A stretch of 63,083 nt of DNA, filler included, from Octopus bimaculoides (GCF_001194135.2; 6 parts of 5 records of this genome joined end to end with filler, not necessarily neighbours in it), one strand, 5' to 3'; counted from the whole stretch's first letter, positions 12,180 through 25,239 are shown. Made by a program: numbers and translations. Notes: generated by a model from the letters alone, not told the origin.

Positions 12180-12860
12180 GTACTATTGTGGTCACGTGAT
12201 CAAAGTTTGAGCCTGATTGCGCCATTTTCTTTCTGGTTTACAGTGTAAGTATGGCCGCTCCTCTAGCAATGTGCACTTAAAAAGGCAAAGAGCAATGATC
12301 CGATTTCTCTAGTCGGAAGGTGTGTCAGGTACTGAAATTCATCGAGGCTGTTTGCACAATACGGGGATCGAGAAGTTTAAAAGTGGTGGGACAAGGGTGA
12401 TGCACGAAGAGGAAGCAGGACGCCCGTCAACCTCCACCACTGACGAGAAGATTCAGCAAGCTGTCGAAGGAAGTTTTGTTGTCGTATGACAATGCACGCC
12501 GACACACGCCACACAGACCGTTGAAACTATTAACCAATTGGATTTTGAGATGCTGGAACACCCTGTCTACAGCCCAGATCTCGCTCCCTTCCGACTATCA
12601 TATCTTTGGACTGCTCAAAGATGGTTTACGAGGTCGTCGATTTCCTACGGGTGAAGATGTGAAGGAAGCGATGCATAAATGGTTGCACGACCAACCGAAA
12701 ACGTTCTTGGAGAGAAAACGGAAGCTTGTGAATCGCTGCACCAAGTGCATCGAAAAGGAAGGAGACTATATAGAAAAATGACGTACTTATTTATCCCCTG
12801 CTTTTGTGTAAAATACATTGAGAAAATAAGAGTGCGTATGATTTTTGATTCTCCCGCGTA
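12180..12860 (+). mobile_element. Internally deleted mariner (DD34D-type) transposon
   Basis: N-terminal MAAPLAMCT..RAMIRFL*SEGVSGTEIHR joins directly to LSYDNARRH..EHPVYSPDLAPSDYHIFGLLKDGLRGRRF..VKEAMHKWLHDQPKTF; right TIR-like end ..TTTTGATTCTCCCGCG|TA; left TIR not seen (TA run). Confidence 0.9.
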
Positions 12861-12899
12861 TATACATCTTTATCTCTCTCTCTTTCTCTCTCACTATCT

Positions 12900-12914
12900 A
12901 TCTCTGTTTGTCTA

Positions 12915-12970
<56 letters not shown>

Positions 12971-12980
12971 TCTATCTATC
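12900..12980. repeat. (TCTG)n-(TCTA)n tetranucleotide microsatellite
   Basis: Read directly. Confidence 0.95.
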
Positions 12981-13049
12981 ACGTATATCAAAGTTTTATT
13001 CTTTTTCCACTTCGCGCATACATACACATTAACTCTCCCTCTCTCTTAC

Positions 13050-13121
13050 TACACCTACTACTACTACTGCTGCTGCTTCTGCTAATGCTACTTCTACTAC
13101 TACTACTACTACTACTACTAA

Positions 13122-13156
<35 letters not shown>
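13050..13156. repeat. (CTA/CTG)n followed by (TAG)n, palindromic triplet array
   Basis: (CTA)n switches to its reverse complement (TAG)n at about 13120. Confidence 0.93.
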
Positions 13157-13399
13157 TAGTTAATTAATATCAAATATATNNNNNNNNNNNNNNNNNNNNN
13201 NNNNNNNNNNNNNNNNNNNNNNNNNNNNNNNNNNNNNNNNNNNNNNNNNNNNNNNNNNNNNNNNNNNNNNNNNNNNNNNNNNNNNNNNNNNNNNNNNNNN
13301 NNNNNNNNNNNNNNNNNNNNNNNNNNNNNNNNNNNNNNNNNNNNNNNNNNNNNNNNNNNNNNNNNNNNNNNNNNNNNNNTATATATATAAATGTATATA

Positions 13400-13610
13400 T
13401 TTGTGTGTGTCTGTGTTTGTCCCCCCACCATCACTTCACAACCGATATTGGTGTGTTTACGTCCCCATTACTTAACAGTTCAGCAAAAGAGACCGATAGC
13501 ATAAGTACTAGGCTTACAAAGAATAAGCCCTGGAATCGATTTGTTCGAGTAAAGGCGGTGCTCCAACATGGCCGCAGTCAAATTACTGAAACAACTAAAT
13601 GAATAGAAGA
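13400..13610 (+). mobile_element. SINE family A tail
   Basis: GTTTGTCCCCCCACC..GGTGTGTTTACGTCCCC..AAAAGAGACCGATAG..AAAGGCGGTGCTCCAACATGGCCGCAGTCAA..ACTGAAAC. Confidence 0.85.
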
Positions 13611-14164
13611 ATATATATTTATATATTATTACCTTAATATAGAAATAAAGAAGATAAATTAATCATTTTATATTTGCAATAAATATGTTATTGTTTTACT
13701 ACCTTTATTAACATAATCGCAATCTATTCCATCGAAAATCTATCCCTGAAACTTACATTAAAAAGTTGTGCACTTTACAGAATGTTATAATGCCCCCATG
13801 CTTCGTATGTGCACTTACTGTACACTTCTTATGTTGCCGCGATTTTTCTTTTACGCGTTTTCTAAATGATATAAATAGTGAGTGAAGATTCAACCAACCA
13901 ACTAACCCGCCAACAATTATATCTGTTATTTTTATATAGATTATATGAATTATGTACTAAAGCTTTTCTATGTTCGAGTGTGCATTCGTTTTAGATGCAG
14001 TAAATTTAATTTCAATGTCTTATTAGACTTCAAGTGAATTTATTTTAAACGTAATAATTTCCCTTCTAAAAATGCTTTCTATCCAAATTTTTTATTATTT
14101 ATGTATTTGTTTTTCTCTCTCAACAGATACACGTGTGTGTGTGTATACACACACACACACGCAT

Positions 14165-14225
<61 letters not shown>

Positions 14226-14286
14226 TGTATATGTGTATGTGTATGTATGTATGTATGTATGTATGTATGTATAGATAGATAGATGG

Positions 14287-14329
<43 letters not shown>

Positions 14330-14333
14330 CAGA

Positions 14334-14433
14334 NNNNNNNNNNNNNNNNNNNNNNNNNNNNNNNNNNNNNNNNNNNNTTAATTAATTAANNNNNNNNNNN
14401 NNNNNNNNNNNNNNNNNNNNNNNNNNNNNNNNN
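14334..14433. other. Assembly spacer: 44 N + TTAATTAATTAA + 44 N (also 37712-37811, 40144-40243, 47899-47998, 56569-56668)
   Basis: Identical 100-bp layout five times; the 12-mer gives stops in all six frames. Confidence 0.95.
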
Positions 14434-14589
14434 CAAATGTTTCGAAAAAAGATGGATACATGTAGCAAGAATGGCACGTATAAATGACGAAGCCACCTTG
14501 ACCATGATTCTATAAAACGTTTTAAAATTTTGTAAACAGAGAGTTACTTACGTTTCTTGCATAAATAAAATAAATTTTACTTAACAAAT

Positions 14590-14912
14590 TGTGACACTAA
14601 GGGCCGAGGTTACCGTGGTCTTTTCGTATGTTTTTCTTTCCACGGATAACCTCCCCATTTATTGGGAATTTTCTGTATTATTTCGTATTTTTTGTAAATA
14701 CCGATGTTTTTTTCTTTCATCGTTGTCCCCACTTTTTTTTGTTTTTTCGCCCGCTCGAAAAGAAAAACTCTACATTTGTATTTTGTCCCTTCTATGTTGA
14801 GCCCGGTGTGGCTAATAAAGCAACATATCTACCTGTCCGTCCGTCAGTCTGTCTGTCTGTCCGTCTGTCTGTCTGTCTGTCCGTCTGTCTGTCTGTCTGT
14901 CTGTCTGTCTGC

Positions 14913-14993
<81 letters not shown>

Positions 14994-14995
14994 AA
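14590..14995 (+). mobile_element. Possible LINE 3' UTR with AATAAA and (TCYG)/(TCTA) tail
   Basis: GAGGTTACCGTGG..CCACGGATAACCTC hairpin, T-rich tract, AATAAAG at about 14815, then tetranucleotide array; family not identified. Confidence 0.3.
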
Positions 14996-15580
14996 TCAAT
15001 CTCTGGATTTATTGCTCTCAGAAACCGAATACCTTTAAACCCCACCTTTTTTTTTCTCTGGGAAGCCCTTTGCTAATTCTGTGTCCCCACGGTAACCAAC
15101 AAGAATGGTTTCAAAATAACGAGACTATTCTAACTCAACCAATTCCATAGCAGTCTCCTTCACCCCATTCCTCTAAAAACCATTTTGGTCCACCATTTCT
15201 ATGAAATGCAGTATCGACACGCAGACAGACACATACACCGCCATCTTTGTCTCATGAGATTCCAAGTTTCCGCTTCAACATCTGACAACAACAAATGGAA
15301 TCTAGAGTCGCTGTTTTTAAAGCAATAAATGTTCTTTATTATTAATCCATTTTTTGCTGAATCTAAGAAGTCTTTGATATGAAATGAAACAAGTACACAC
15401 GCACTCACACACACTCACGCACACATGCACACACGCACACACACACACGCATGCGCACACATATACACACACAAACACACGCACGCGCACACATGTACAC
15501 ACACACGCACGCGCACACATGTACACACACACACGCACACATGCACACACACACACACACACACAAGCACTCACAGAGAA

Positions 15581-15615
<35 letters not shown>

Positions 15616-15863
15616 AAGAGAGAGAGAGANNNNNNNNNNNNNNNNNNNNNNNNNNNNNNNNNNNNNNNNNNNNNNNNNNNNNNNNNNNNNNNNNNNNNNN
15701 NNNNNNNNNNNNNNNNNNNNNNNNNNNNNNNNNNNNNNNNNNNNNNNNNNNNNNNNNNNNNNNNNNNNNNNNNNNNNNNNNNNNNNNNNNNNNNNNNNNN
15801 NNNNNNNNNNNNNNNNNNNNNNNNNNNNNNNNNNNNNNNNNNNNNNNNNNNNNNNNNNNNNNN

Positions 15864-16060
15864 CAGCTACAGGAACAACACGGCGGTGACTACGACGGCG
15901 ACCCCTTACCACTACAATCATTACGAAGGTGACCACCAACTTTGTAAGCGATGCCACAACCACAACTACCACTACTACTACTACCACAACGACGTCGGCG
16001 ACGACCACTACCACCACCACCAACACCAACACCACCAACACCAATGCCATCACAAAGAGC
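15864..16060. repeat. Degenerate (ACC/ACT/ACG)n triplet low-complexity tract
   Basis: Mixed triplet repeats; abuts an N gap and a SINE. Confidence 0.75.
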
Positions 16061-16091
16061 ATCGAGCAGCATTGAGAACAATGAATATTAC

Positions 16092-16265
16092 AGCGGCATT
16101 TCGTCCGTTCTGAGTTCAAATTCCATCGAGGTCGATTCTGCCTGTGGAGCTTTCGGAGTCGATGAAATAAGTACCAGTTGAGTACTGGGGTCGATATAAT
16201 CAACCTATCCGCTACCCCCACGGCCGAATGTGCGGGTCTTCTGCCAAAATTTGAAACTAATATTA
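16092..16265 (+). mobile_element. SINE family B
   Basis: AGCGGCATTTCGTCCG..GAGTTCAAATTCC..AAATAAGTACCAGTTGAGTACTGGGGTCGAT..GCCAAAATTTGAAAC. Confidence 0.85.
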
Positions 16266-16570
16266 TAGCGGCCGCTGGAAGGAAGGGCATCGCATCCACC
16301 AACTCTGATTTCTCTGCTTAAAGCTTTAAGAGTTCCGCTTTGATAAACCAATAACATTGGTAAGAGATGAAGAAAACAACGGAAACAGTGAAAAAACTAA
16401 CAAAATACATACTGGATAGATTTATAGTAGATATATTAGGTCTGAAGGAATGGTCATGGTCGGAGCGATTTAAGGCTAGATCGTCAACTCAGTCGCGGTT
16501 GATATACTATAACCACATGTCACACTGCAGTCTATATTATAATTCTATTGGGTTATTTGTGTACGAAATA

Positions 16571-17860
16571 TCAAGTCATCCCATAAGTTCTGTCCGATTT
16601 TACCTTTTTTAAAATTGAATGAAATTTATTAGTATTTTAGAATGTCTAATGGAATTAAAAATTATTTTCATGCATTCATGTACATTTAAACTAATTTAAT
16701 ATCATTTTGCAGAACAATAGAATTAAAATTTCTTTGATTAAAACCCTTTCTAACATCGAAGTATCCAAAGAGCATTTAAGGCATATAATGCTTTATGAGT
16801 ACAAAAAAAGGAAACTCTGCAGCCGAAGAGACTCCATACATACACTCAGTTTATGGGAAAGAATGCTTGAATGAAAGAACTTGCAGAAGATGGTGTGTAA
16901 AATTCAGAAGTGGAGGTTTCAGTCTTGAACTTGAAGATCGAACAGGATGTCCAGTTGAGTTTGATGGTAAGCTCCTTGAAGCATTACTTGAAGAAAATCC
17001 TGCATTATCAGTTGAAGAATTGGCAATAAAGCTTAGTTCAAACCATACAATTGTTAATCGTCATCTTCAACAACTTGGAAAGGTTCTTAAACTTGGAAAA
17101 TGGGTGCCTCATGAATTGTTCGAAAGCAACCGCAAATCCCGAGTTGACATCTGCTCTTCTCTCCATTCTTGTGAACTCATTTCACCCTTTTTGGATAGAC
17201 TAGTGACTGGTTATGAAAAATGGATCTTCTATCGAAATGTTAAACGTTGAAAACAGTGGCTTGGTAACAGGAAAAAGTTCAGCCACAACCGAGGAGGGAA
17301 CTTCATGGGAAAAAGGTTCTTCTCTCTATCTGGTGGGATTGCAAAGGAATAATTCACTTTGAATTGTTACCACCTAATACAACAATCAATGCTCAAGTCT
17401 ACTGTCAGCAATTAGAGCGTTTGAACCAAGCTTTGATGAAAGAAAGACCCGCTTTAGTGAATCGAAAAGGAGTGATGTTTCATCAGGACAATGTGCGACC
17501 CCACACTGCAAAGATCACATCACAGAAGATCGAAGAGCTTGGTTGGGAAAAAAATTCCTCATCCACCTTATTCTCCCGACCTTGCTCCTTCAGTCTACCA
17601 TTTGTTTCGTAGTTTACAGAATCATTTGGGGGACATTACTTTCGCAAAGTCAGGAGGAGGTCAAAACTGACATTTCAGAGTTCTTCGTTTTGAAACCAAA
17701 AGAGTTTTACATTGATAGGATTAAAAAGCTTGTAAATGGATGAAAGGAAATCATAGATAATCAGGGAAAGTACATTGATGATTAAATTTCAATTAAATAT
17801 AACATTTGATCATTTGTTTTCTTTATTCAAAATTCGGACAGAACTTATGGGATGACCTGT
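16571..17860 (+). mobile_element. Full-length mariner transposon (1290 bp) with TIRs and TA target duplication
   Basis: TA|TCAAGTCATCCCATAAGTTCTGTCCGA ... TCGGACAGAACTTATGGGATGACCTGT|TA; encloses a mariner transposase pseudogene. Confidence 0.95.
16755..17785 (+). pseudogene. Mariner DD34D transposase pseudogene
   Basis: Start ATG>ATC (EVSKEHLRHIMLYEYKKG); WVPHEL and PPYSPDLAPS motifs; first Asp now Tyr (TGYEKW, 17212), third Asp now Val (17593), 34 residues from the HQD Asp after removing a 1-bp insertion; stop at 17248 and several frameshifts. Confidence 0.93.
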
Positions 17861-18273
17861 TATATGTCCATATTTTTGTAAAGTATCTAGGTACGTTACC
17901 CTAGTAGAAAGCTCGTGAGACGAGCGGGTTTCCTGTTTGTCATCGATAAATTATGTGTTTAGAAGGAGGCGAGTATCATGGTTTAGAGTTCAACGCGTTC
18001 CATTATCCTCGGTAGCGTAGAGGAGAGTTAGCTTACCAAGGCAGTGAGGTGAGAAAGGTCTTAGACAAGAGCACACCGATCAGAAGTCCCCGATGTTGGG
18101 GGAGGCACACTTCTTTATTTTTAATATTATCTGTACTTTCATTTGCTATTTTCTTCTGTTAATTTAACATTTTGTTGTCACACATATGTAAGCGCAACGA
18201 TGTACAAACAAAAGTGTGTGTATATGTGTGTTAAGGCGCGTGTGTGTATGTATACGTACATATGTGTGTAAAC

Positions 18274-18315
<42 letters not shown>

Positions 18316-18708
18316 NNNNNNNNNNNNNNNNNNNNNNNNNNNNNNNNNNNNNNNNNNNNNNNNNNNNNNNNNNNNNNNNNNNNNNNNNNNNNNNNNNNNN
18401 NNNNNNNNNNNNNNNNNNNNNNNNNNNNNNNNNNNNNNNNNNNNNNNNNNNNNNNNNNNNNNNNNNNNNNNNNNNNNNNNNNNNNNNNNNNNNNNNNNNN
18501 NNNNNNNNNNNNNNNNNNNNNNNNNNNNNNNNNNNNNNNNNNNNNNNNNNNNNNNNNNNNNNNNNNNNNNNNNNNNNNNNNNNNNNNNNNNNNNNNNNNN
18601 NNNNNNNNNNNNNNNNNNNNNNNNNNNNNNNNNNNNNNNNNNNNNNNNNNNNNNNNNNNNNNNNNNNNNNNNNNNNNNNNNNNNNNNNNNNNNNNNNNNN
18701 NNNNNNNN

Positions 18709-18750
<42 letters not shown>

Positions 18751-19344
18751 ATCAGTTATAATAAAAATAATTAGACATTAAGCTGATGTGTTACTCTATA
18801 TATTTGTAACGTGCAAATTTATTATTCTCAAACAAGAATATTACTGACAGTAACTTCGAAGTTTCATCCAGTTAAGTCATAGTCAGACTTAGATACATTA
18901 ACCTCAGTTAATGCATCCCAGTCTATGTAAAGCCAAGTTAATCTTGACTTTATATAGTTTCTAATTAACACACCATTGAAACCCACACACCCAAGAAAAG
19001 GCTTAACTCAACAGAGTTTAAAATCATCAAGGTTAACCGCAATGAAGTTCAACGAGGGCTGAAGTGGCCAAAACTTCGAACTCACTGTCAATAAGATATT
19101 TTCGTATAAGAATACACACACACATACACACACGTACGAATGCCTGCAGGTTGGTGTTTGTATGTGTGTGTGTGTTAAGGCGCGTGTGTGCATGTGTGCT
19201 CACGCAATGACAGAGGCAAACATGGTTTATCGAAGACACACAACTAATCTCCTGCAGAGACAGACAAACAACATCCTCTCCATCAGCCCGTAATGTCTCT
19301 ATGAAGATTAATAGAAGTTTGTAAACGCACTCTTCCGAAATATT

Positions 19345-19384
<40 letters not shown>

Positions 19385-20045
19385 CCATCTCTACAAATTG
19401 TTTGGTAGCTTATATGTCCCCTTGCAAGCCGCAGCAACTGATCAACACAACGAAGTATTTTGTAGCAGACTTGACTAAACACCAAATACTTTTATCTTTG
19501 CTGCATTTNNNNNNNNNNNNNNNNNNNNNNNNNNNNNNNNNNNNNNNNNNNNNNNNNNNNNNNNNNNNNNNNNNNNNNNNNNNNNNNNNNNNNNNNNNNN
19601 NNNNNNNNNNNNNNNNNNNNNNNNNNNNNNNNNNNNNNNNNNNNNNNNNNNNNNNNNNNNNNNNNNNNNNNNNNNNNNNNNNNNNNNNNNNNNNNNNNNN
19701 NNNNNNNNNNNNNNNNNNNNNNNNNNNNNNNNNNNNNNNNNNNNNNNNNNNNNNNNNNNNNNNNNNNNNNNNNNNNNNNNNNNNNNNNNNNNNNNNNNNN
19801 NNNNNNNNNNNNNNNNNNNNNNNNNNNNNNNNNNNNNNNNNNNNNNNNNNNNNNNNNNNNNNNNNNNNNNNNNNNNNNNNNNNNNNNNNNNNNNNNNNNN
19901 NNNNNNNNNNNNNNNNNNNNNNNNNNNNNNNNNNNNNNNNNNNNNNNNNNNNNNNNNNNNNNNNNNNNNNNNNNNNNNNNNNNNNNNNNNNNNNNNNNNN
20001 NNNNNNNNNNNNNNNNNNNNNNNNNNNNNNNNNNNNNNNNNNATA

Positions 20046-20076
<31 letters not shown>

Positions 20077-20317
20077 GTTGCATACAGAGTGAGCAATAAA
20101 AATGTTATGAAAGCAAGACTGTGGAGGGTGTAATGGTGCACTTTTTAAACTTAACAATGATGATAAGGAAATGTTTTCGAATTTAAATAATTATGTTAAA
20201 GTGAATGACGTTGTCTTGGCTGCTGGAAATGGTAGAGGTGGTAGGTTATATGGCGAGCAATTATTTGCCATCGAGAGACTAGTGAACCTACTTAATACTA
20301 CTATGTATGTAAGCATG

Positions 20318-20349
<32 letters not shown>

Positions 20350-20830
20350 CGCGCTTGTGTGTTTGCGTGTACACACCCATGCGTATATTTAAACGCGCGC
20401 GCGCGCACACACACACACACATATATATGCACAACGCACACCCGTACACACATCCACATGTTGGCTCTCGATCGATATCTTGTGGAGCCACTTTAGTATT
20501 TTGGACATACACATCTAACAGAAACGCATGTCCTTCTGCTATGGGTCCTCAGAGGACGATCTAATTCTGTGTTTGAAATGTTTCATGACAATGTACCACA
20601 TAATCTTATCAAGAAAAACATCAACATCATCAGCATCACGTTTGAGCTTTCATCGAAAGCAGATTTCCCGCTCGAGACTAGATTAGCAATTAGTAGATAC
20701 TTAGACATAAAGAACATCAATGTACGCAAAACAAGTATCGCATTTGGATAAGCAGGCATGTGGCTTTATGCAGTTTCCACGCATTATACTTCATATTTGA
20801 AGGTCAATTCGATTATACATACATACATAC

Positions 20831-21275
20831 ATAGTTTGGGACATAGGAGCAAAGTTATGTACCGTCATAGAGACCAGCTGCCTTGCAGATATAAATATCT
20901 CTTTGAAAATCAAAGAAAAAGAAGATATCTATGGACAATTACTTCGAAACCTCCAGCTTCTATATCCAGACTATGAATTCATGTTCATACCAATAATAAT
21001 TGGAGCACAAGGTTTTGTTAGTAAATGCTTAAAGGAGAATCTGGATTAACTGGGATTTTCAGAAAGAGAGATCGACCGGCTAATTCGTATATTACAAGAG
21101 TAATCCGTGAGTGGAACAGTAAAAATATGCAAAACTTTCTCAAGTTCCAAATATGAATTTGCATGTGTTAACTACATCCCAAAGATGAAGCTTTGTATCT
21201 TTGTTGGAAACCGGCTCCCTCCTCGGTGGAAGGTTTATAATAATTAAGAAATAGAAGAGACATACATACATACAT
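20831..21275 (+). mobile_element. 5'-truncated R4/Dong-like (RLE-type) LINE, copy 1
   Basis: IVWDIGAKLCTVIETSCLADINISLKIKEKEDIYGQLLRNLQLLYPDYEFMFIPIIIGAQG..GTVKICKTF; 3' UTR ends in (CATA)n. Confidence 0.85.
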
Positions 21276-22151
21276 TCCTCGTCAGATATAGGGAAAATCA
21301 GTAAAATGTGACAACCGATACAGACTTTGTGGAGATAACACTGAAGATATTACCCTCATCATAAGCAGATGTCCGAAAATGTCATCACGGTATTATCTAC
21401 CAATGAGACTTGATGTTGTAGTTGGGACACTCTGTAATGGAACCCGTCGGAAGGATAACTCCGAGGACAAAGAAATAAGAACCCACAGTATGGTAGAAGC
21501 CATGGCCACTCATAATAAAAAGTAGTACTGGTGGAATGCCGCAGTGAAAACCTCAATAAAATGTAAACAAAACAGGCCTGACATAATGATTTGGGATAGA
21601 AAAGAGTAACTGTGCACCGTTGTAGAAATTAGTTGCCCAACGGATTTTAACATAAAACTGAAGATCAGTGAAAAAGAGAACACCTATGCTGAACTATTGC
21701 GAAATCTGTAGTTGCTCTATCCAGATTACAAGTTCAGGTTTGTACCTGTAATTATTGGGGCCCTGGGATACGTAACACACTGCCTAAATGCCAATTTTGA
21801 GAAATTAGGCTTCTCAAAACCAGAAAGGAGAAAGCTAATTCGAAGACTACAGATCCAATCCATCACTGGAACTGTAAGAATCTGAAAAACCTTCCAGAAG
21901 TTTAGCATTTAAATATATATGAGCATGTCTAGATATGCAACTTTATGCATGAGAATATATACATAAAACAAAACAGACAAATCTGCACATACATACATAC
22001 ATACATACATACATACATACATACAAACAAAACTACCTTGTTGTTGATGCTGAAATTCCAATGAAAAAGCTTTGGATCTAGATTAGAGAGTGGCTCTTTA
22101 TTGACAAGAAATCTTCAAATAAAACTGAACCATGACATGCATACATACATA
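21276..22151 (+). mobile_element. 5'-truncated R4/Dong-like (RLE-type) LINE, copy 2
   Basis: One frame with several stops: (C>Y)RLCG..EDIT(H>L)IIS.CP zinc knuckle, R(H>L)D, NRPDIMIWD..VEISCP..KISEK restriction-like endonuclease, stop at 21910-21912; AATAAA at 22118 then (CATA)n. Confidence 0.92.
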
Positions 22152-22214
22152 CACACACAGACATACAAACACAAACACACGCATACACACACACGCACAC
22201 ACACACACACAGGT

Positions 22215-22475
22215 ACACGTCACTGCAGTGCCGCGTAAAGCACCCGTGCGGCGGCACCTTAAAAGCGCCCGTGTGATACCCCGTAAAAACAACCATGCGG
22301 CACCACGTAAAAAGCAGTCAGCAGATACTGTAAAGTTGTTGGCGTTAAGAAGGGCATCCAACTATAGAGCCCTTGCTTTATCAGACTGGAGTCTGGTGCA
22401 GTTTCCAAGCTTCCCAGCTCTGGCCAAACCGTCCAACCCATGCCAGTTGGGACAACGGACGTTAAATGATGATAC
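22215..22475 (+). mobile_element. Repeat family D (RTE-like 3' end or derived SINE)
   Basis: Short internal GTAAAAAGCAC-like subrepeats, TTGGCGTTAAGAAGGGCATCC..CCAACCCATGCCAG..GGACGTTAAATGATGAT; homologous to 59672-60141 and 58048-58180. Confidence 0.75.
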
Positions 22476-23184
22476 ATACACACATACACGTATTATTTAA
22501 AACAGCTTGATTCGGTTCCGTTCTGCTTAAAGTTTCGTAGGCTTTTGTCAGAAGCTCGCCTTCTTCAGGCTTTAGAGTACCGAATGGACAAGTGCAGGAA
22601 GACAAGATGGCTACCGGAAAATAGGCTGCTGTTGGTGAAAGTAGATTACATGGTGTTATTAAAATGACATCAGTGAAGCTGGCGACGCCAAAGTATCTGG
22701 GAGTGGCAGAATTAAGTACGGTCAATGTATGTGTGTGTGTGTATGCGTGTATATATACGTACACACACATACATGTATACAGATGTGGGTGTGTTATTAG
22801 ATGTACGGTGTGCGTGCATGTATGTATGTGTGTGTGAGTGTATGCACGTTAGTGCCTGCTACATAGGCGTGCACGTGTGAACGCATAAGACACACGAATA
22901 TAGGTTCGTGTGTGTTAACATATGAGTGCAAATGGGCGTGAGTGCATGTTTGGAGGGGCATATTTTGGTGTGTGTGCTGTGAGAATGTGTGTGACTGGGT
23001 ATGTATGTGTGCGTGAGCGTAATTTTACCTTAGCCATTTACGTTTGGACTTCCTGTAACTTCTCCATTTGATAATTTTAAACCTGAAAGAGACGGGCTTC
23101 TGTTAGAGGCCTGCAAAGCTTAAGTCGCATGGAGCCGAATCATTGTTTTAAATAGTACATGTGCCTCCAACTTAATGCGTTGCT

Positions 23185-23375
23185 GAGGCACGTGGGTTAG
23201 TGGTTAGTGGATAGAGTGCTGAACTCACGATCGTAAGATTGTGGTTTCGATTCCTAGACCGGGCGATGCGTTGTGTTCTCAAGCAAAACATTTCATTTCA
23301 CGTTGCTCCAGTCCATTCAGCTGGCAAGACGAGTAATCCTTCGACCGGATGTTGATCCAGCATCCGGTCCAAGTG
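23185..23375 (+). mobile_element. tRNA-headed SINE family C, 5' part
   Basis: A-box-like TGGTTAGTGG, B-box GGTTTCGATTCC, then GCAAAACATTTCATTTCACGTTGCTCCAGTCCA. Confidence 0.75.
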
Positions 23376-23432
23376 ATTTTACAACTTTACAAATGTCTTG
23401 AGAGTCCTTTTCTTTTGTTTGTCCACTCACTC

Positions 23433-23483
<51 letters not shown>

Positions 23484-23689
23484 ATACACACATTTATGTA
23501 TATATGTGCGTGTATGTGTTTCTGTGTATGTGTTTCTGTGTATGTGTGTGTGTGTACTCTAACTAATGTATTGAGTAATATTTCAATTTAACATAACATT
23601 TTTATTAAAAGATAAGAACAAACATTGAAGTAAGAGCTCAGTTCCCAGGTGAGCGCTTTCGTAACATTGAAAACAGGACAAAATTACAG

Positions 23690-24325
23690 CAACATCCTCT
23701 ACAATATTTTATGAAAACCATAGCAGTATCTATCAGAAAATACTGCATGGAAGCACTACTTCCCAAAAAGACTTCGGTAAAATTTTACCATTATGAAAAA
23801 TTCAAGTAGAGGAATAGTTCATCAACAACTACGGATTCGAGACGGTCAAATGACCAACAAGCATTCCATTGCTTTTCGTATCAGGAAAACATCATCACAT
23901 TATCTTAAACATTAGCAGGACTCAATAAGAGCTGTTATAGTCATTCAAAATATTAGGTCTCTCTAACAGCAAGGACTTCATAAGATGACAGCACATTTTT
24001 AACATAGGTTGGACTGCATCCGAAAGAATTGCTGACTGTCTACAAAGTTCAAATGAAATACACAAAGGACTATTACTCCTCCATTTAGAACGGCGGGGTT
24101 ACTATTTAAACGAACACACATCCTGCACCACATCCAATATAACGCAATATTCCAGTGATACTCTAGATTTTGGTTGGAGTCTGTCCCTCTCTCTACTGCT
24201 TTTATACTGCTTTCGCGTTGGAGCATATTTCCTCTGTCTACTGCTTCCATAAGGACTTCTGCTACTCGGTCCTGGCTACTATCCTGCGACCCTCACAAAG
24301 CTCTGATTCAGTTGCTTTGCCTCAC
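23690..24325 (+). mobile_element. Decayed CR1/Jockey-group LINE reverse transcriptase fragment
   Basis: QQ-YGF-RDG motif near 23825, then PKELLTVYKVQ..DYYSSI*NG, HILHHIQYNA and YCFHKDFCYSVLA, typical post-RT motifs of CR1/L2/Jockey LINEs; frameshifted. Confidence 0.6.
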
Positions 24326-25239
24326 ACCACCACCACCACCACCACCACCACCACCACCATCTATGTTAACTGTTTCAGAAGACCCGCTAAGTTCTCATGT
24401 GCTGTCCCTCCTTCCACACATAACAATTAAAACCAAATAACTGTTATATTTGAAATTGAATGGTTGAGTCTGGAACAGGTACTGTTAAATGAAGATATTC
24501 GCTATTGTTAAAGTGAAATTCAGCTAATTTAAAAAAATACAATCCATAAGAATTGTTTTAATTACTCTTTTAATTATAATTAATTAACTGCAAAATCATA
24601 AAAATACATGTTATTTCTAATGGTGAGATTTAACTGTTTCAAGAATATCTAAAAATTAGTAATTAGTATTTTAATTAATTAACTCTAAAAGCATTTTCGT
24701 CTTACAGTATATTTAGTGAGTTTTGATTCATAAAATTAGGAAGCATTTTTAAGCAGATAAAATACAATAAATATACAAAATATGTTTGCTAAGAAGAGTT
24801 TAACAATATCAAATTCATAGGACAAGAATGTTTCGTTTTCCAATAAAACAAAATAATTTCCAATATTTCCTCAAATCCGTCCAGTGTCTTTGTCATTAAC
24901 TTACATTCACCACTAGGCTATTGTTTCCTTTCTCAAATTTCTGGTGACAGAGATATTTTATCGACTTTGTCTGCATCCAAGCTATTTTATGGGATGTACT
25001 ATGCCGATTCACTCATTTTGTCTCATATGAATTACTAATACTATCTAAATAAAATTCGAACTGTTTGTATATAAAGAAAACCATTTGTCCATCGATTAAA
25101 TCAGAAAGGTGTAGACTATACAACGCTGATGAAATCTGATGAACAGAAACATAATGGTTGTGATCTCCCTCGACTCTAAAGATCAACTTTTGTCAACTAA
25201 CACCACACGTAATTTAACATAAAGTAATTCTTCGTTTAT

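Noticed and set aside
14378-14389. TTAATTAATTAA as a homeodomain or regulatory site
   Set aside because: Always centred in exactly 44+44 N; assembly linker.
15864-16113. His/Thr-rich ORF resembling a mucin or metal-binding protein
   Set aside because: Degenerate triplet microsatellite running into a SINE; all frames are low complexity and no splice signals were seen.
17212-17595. Loss of two catalytic Asp in the full-length mariner as a sign of domestication
   Set aside because: The same copy has a lost start codon, a stop and several frameshifts, so neutral decay explains it.
22535-22590. Minus-strand CTGAAGA AGGC..GCCT AC GAAAC, hammerhead-like
   Set aside because: Two extra bases before GAAA, no convincing helix I or cleavage triplet, and no second copy here.
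23185-23270. tRNA-like sequences (also 37527, 52300, 61327)
   Set aside because: A and B boxes continue into shared SINE bodies and no full cloverleaf is formed; SINE heads, not tRNA genes.
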